Shown here: piece after piece, positions 61,619 through 64,000 of the stretch
Position numbering within the stretch: the stretch's first letter is position 1
Layout of the letters: each line of letters opens with the position of its first letter
Assembly (NCBI GenBank): GCA_963744715.1
Contig: CAVUUR010000007.1
Location: 1-64,000, forward strand
Direction of reading: 5' to 3'
DNA length: 64,000 nucleotides
DNA from: an uncultured bacterium
GTDB lineage: Bacteria; Babelota; Babeliae; Babelales; JACPOV01
The notes under the pieces: generated by a model
Seen by the model: only the letters and a program-made list of their open reading frames with translations
The model's database searches: none
What the model was told of the DNA's origin: nothing
Made by a program: the position numbers and the translations under genes

Positions 61619-61655
61619 AAATTATTTTTCTAAATAACAAAAGATCTGAGTCTCG

Positions 61656-62324
61656 CTAGTCTTTTAACATTTTTTCAATAACATCGATAACCACGTGATT
61701 CGGATAATTATTTTGAACGTAATGCCGGAAAAAAGATTTAGGATTTATATCATCGTACAGCAATTGCTCAGTGATAGGCCCCTTTATATTTTTTAGGCCC
61801 ATTCTTAATGCAGCACGTGCTTGAACAATTTTATTTTGCTCGAAGTAATAAGTACCAAGATCGATATAATGCTGAACGTAATCAGGAAAAAATTCTATGG
61901 CATTTAATAATGATTGTTCATATTCATTTTTATCATTTTTTTTATAATACCATGATTTTGAAAGCTCAATCATCGATTGCATTTCTTTATTACAAATTTC
62001 AAGCGCACATAATTTTTTAAAAAGTACAGCATCAACCCCATCAACCCATATGTCCTGCAAATATGCCAGCAATAAAGCAATTGAAGAATCACTATAATGG
62101 TTTAAAAAACAGGTTAAATATCTAATACTTTCATCGAGACTGTTAAAGGGTCCTATATACAAAGCAAGAGCAAAACGTATTAATATTTCAGAGTCATAGG
62201 GATGTTGTGTAATACAATTTTCACAATCTTTTTTGAGTATTAAAATATTGTGCGGTATCATATTTGATTTTTTATAGTTTATATAATATTGCTCTAATAG
62301 CCGTATTAAGTCATTTTTTCTCAT
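61656..62324 (-). CDS. TPR-like helical protein in toxin 3 locus (putative orphan immunity)
   Basis: AT-rich; L..AI...P.YV..Y..LG..Y TPR pattern; second gene after toxin 3. Confidence 0.5.
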   Translation of the reverse strand: MRKNDLIRLLEQYYINYKKSNMIPHNILILKKDCENCITQHPYDSEILIRFALALYIGPFNSLDESIRYLTCFLNHYSDSSIALLLAYLQDIWVDGVDAVLFKKLCALEICNKEMQSMIELSKSWYYKKNDKNEYEQSLLNAIEFFPDYVQHYIDLGTYYFEQNKIVQARAALRMGLKNIKGPITEQLLYDDINPKSFFRHYVQNNYPNHVVIDVIEKMLKD

Positions 62325-62379
62325 AATATTCTATTACATATACGCAGCAATAATATTATTAAAAATAAAATTATGCTAA

Positions 62380-62679
62380 CTATGAACAATAATCCATTAT
62401 CTCAGGAAAATCATTATCATTCAATGCTCTGATAACTTTAATAATTACGGGGCCCAGCATTTTTCCATCTATACCAGGAACATTAAAAATTTCTTCAGGA
62501 TTCGTTAAATCAATGGTTTTTATAGGGTTAACAAATTTTTTCGTATTATAGAATGTTATATTTTTTTTATTTAAGTTAATACTTATATAGAAATTTTTTT
62601 CATGATATTCATCTTCAACTAAATAATAGAGGTTATTGTTTTCATTTAAAATTTTTCTGATTTTTACATAGATTCCCAT
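62380..62679 (-). CDS. Putative cognate immunity protein of toxin 3
   Basis: 99-aa AT-rich ORF starting 8 nt after the toxin stop; ends DFPEIMDYCS. Confidence 0.65.
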   Translation of the reverse strand: MGIYVKIRKILNENNNLYYLVEDEYHEKNFYISINLNKKNITFYNTKKFVNPIKTIDLTNPEEIFNVPGIDGKMLGPVIIKVIRALNDNDFPEIMDYCS

Positions 62680-62687
62680 AAAGCATC

Positions 62688-63998
62688 CTATAATTGATCA
62701 TCCCAATTATATATTTTTTTACTTTCATAATGTGCTGTTCGCCAATCTATATTATTTTCCATAATGATAGATTCAGCTAATTCATGCAGTAGTAATCTTA
62801 GATCTGATTGAAAAAAATTTCCATCGATTAATCTTTTCCAAGCCTGCGCCATGTCTATATCTGGATCAAAACGTTTTACGCCCCCTGCAAGAATATGCTC
62901 TCTATAAAAAATATGATCTTTTATTTTTTTTATTATATTTTCTGGAATATTGCTATTTTTAGATATACTAATTGTATCAGTTGTTATAGCTCTAATGTAG
63001 TCATAAAAGTTTATCGCTTCTTTCTCCAATTTCATAAATTTTTCAGCAGATACTCTATCTATGATTGCACCAAATCGCACATCGGGAATTTTATTATTCA
63101 TAGAGTTAACAATTTTATTTAGTTCGAGTAACTCTAATGATTCATTTAATATTGTATTTATTTTTTCTTCTGTAACTAAAAATTTATTAAAGGCTCTTAA
63201 AGGTTTTAAACGTATATCGACATTTTGAGAGAATGATTCGAGTGGTATCTCATCTAAAGTGTTAATAATGCCAAGCTCATTCTCTAATGCTTTGCCCAAG
63301 CTCTGTATTTGTGCGCGTCGCATTGGGTGGCCAGCAATACATTCGGTCTCCTCCAGTACACGCATAGTACGACATAAATTACTTAATACATTTTTAAGGG
63401 GCTTTAAAGTAGTAATTAATTTATGCTGCAAAAAACCGCTAGTGATATAATGAATTCCTAACGTAAATTTTTCTTCTCGTGGCAAATTCATTAAAAAAGT
63501 GCATAATTCTTGCTCTTCTTGCAAATGGTCAAAAATGCTGTCCCAATGCTGTAATGCATAAGAGCTATCATAATCAACGGAAGCTAATTTTCCTAAAGAC
63601 CATAAAACCTTACCAGTCCCTTTAATAATATTATAAGCCGTCGCAATTGGATGTCGTATGTCATTACTGAGATCAATAGCTACTTTAACGGTTTCTAATG
63701 CTCCAATGCTTATGTATTTACATATCGATATGCCAGATGCTAAACAGTGAATGCCCAAATCCTGCTTAGGCTGCGCACCCTTTTTCATGTATGATAAATA
63801 AAGATGCTTAATGCGATTGTTAGTTTCTCGCACGATAGCAGATTGCAATTCATTCAATTGATTGATTAAACCATTTGAATAAGTATCTAACTGATTATTT
63901 TTTAGTTCAACTTCTTGTAAAATATTTTTTACAACGCCAAGTAACGCATGGTCACTAATCAGGTCTTCCAATACGATAGGATCAAAATGTATTTTGTG
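62688..63998 (-). CDS. Polymorphic toxin 3 (5'-truncated by window), tip with RFDPD...MAQAW.RL..G...D..LL.HELAE...AH motif
   Basis: Frame open to the window edge; remote scaffold similarity to toxins 1/2; tip pattern recalled from variable C-termini of other polymorphic toxins. Confidence 0.65.
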   Translation of the reverse strand, partial: HKIHFDPIVLEDLISDHALLGVVKNILQEVELKNNQLDTYSNGLINQLNELQSAIVRETNNRIKHLYLSYMKKGAQPKQDLGIHCLASGISICKYISIGALETVKVAIDLSNDIRHPIATAYNIIKGTGKVLWSLGKLASVDYDSSYALQHWDSIFDHLQEEQELCTFLMNLPREEKFTLGIHYITSGFLQHKLITTLKPLKNVLSNLCRTMRVLEETECIAGHPMRRAQIQSLGKALENELGIINTLDEIPLESFSQNVDIRLKPLRAFNKFLVTEEKINTILNESLELLELNKIVNSMNNKIPDVRFGAIIDRVSAEKFMKLEKEAINFYDYIRAITTDTISISKNSNIPENIIKKIKDHIFYREHILAGGVKRFDPDIDMAQAWKRLIDGNFFQSDLRLLLHELAESIIMENNIDWRTAHYESKKIYNWDDQL

Positions 63999-64000
63999 GA

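Noticed and set aside
615..63450. Numerous 60-110 aa ORFs antisense or out of frame to longer genes
   Set aside because: Shadow ORFs without RBS or motifs, overlapping well-supported genes.
1..64000. CRISPR array, prophage, integrase, rRNA
   Set aside because: No regularly spaced repeats or recognisable phage, recombinase or rRNA sequence seen by eye.

Overview
AT-rich bacterial chromosome segment. The gene repertoire (many signal-peptide orphans in tandem arrays, ankyrin proteins, an ATAD3-like ATPase, lineage-specific beta-barrels, degenerate lipid enzymes) suggests a host-dependent Gram-negative such as Candidatus Dependentiae (TM6/Babelota); this taxonomy is inference only. Housekeeping blocks: grpE, lepA, gyrA-dprA, rpmF-plsX-gltX-fabD-acpP, tsf-pyrH-frr-tRNA-Lys-tRNA-Leu-tig-trxB, rpmH-rnpA-yidD, potABCD, an Omp85 gene and a second gltX. 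These are interleaved with accessory arrays. The strongest candidate for an undescribed system is a signal-peptide-bearing polymorphic toxin family with three loci (1-1558, 37987-42380, 61656-64000). The loci share a pre-toxin scaffold that I do not recognise as CdiA, Rhs, LXG or MafB. Two switch to unrelated tips right after a conserved SNKNSL motif: EndoU at locus 1 and a colicin E3/BECR-like RNase at locus 2. Locus 3 carries an HExxE-type tip. Each toxin is followed by AT-rich candidate immunity genes, and locus 2 ends with a decayed copy of the locus 1 immunity gene. Second candidate: two small Cys-rich secreted proteins, a Cys-containing beta-barrel and an exported AhpD-like lipoprotein, reminiscent of a chlamydia-like disulfide-linked envelope. 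Many single-base indels, mainly in the first 14 kb (lepA, gyrA), look like sequencing or assembly errors. All family assignments come from motif recognition by eye; no database search was run.
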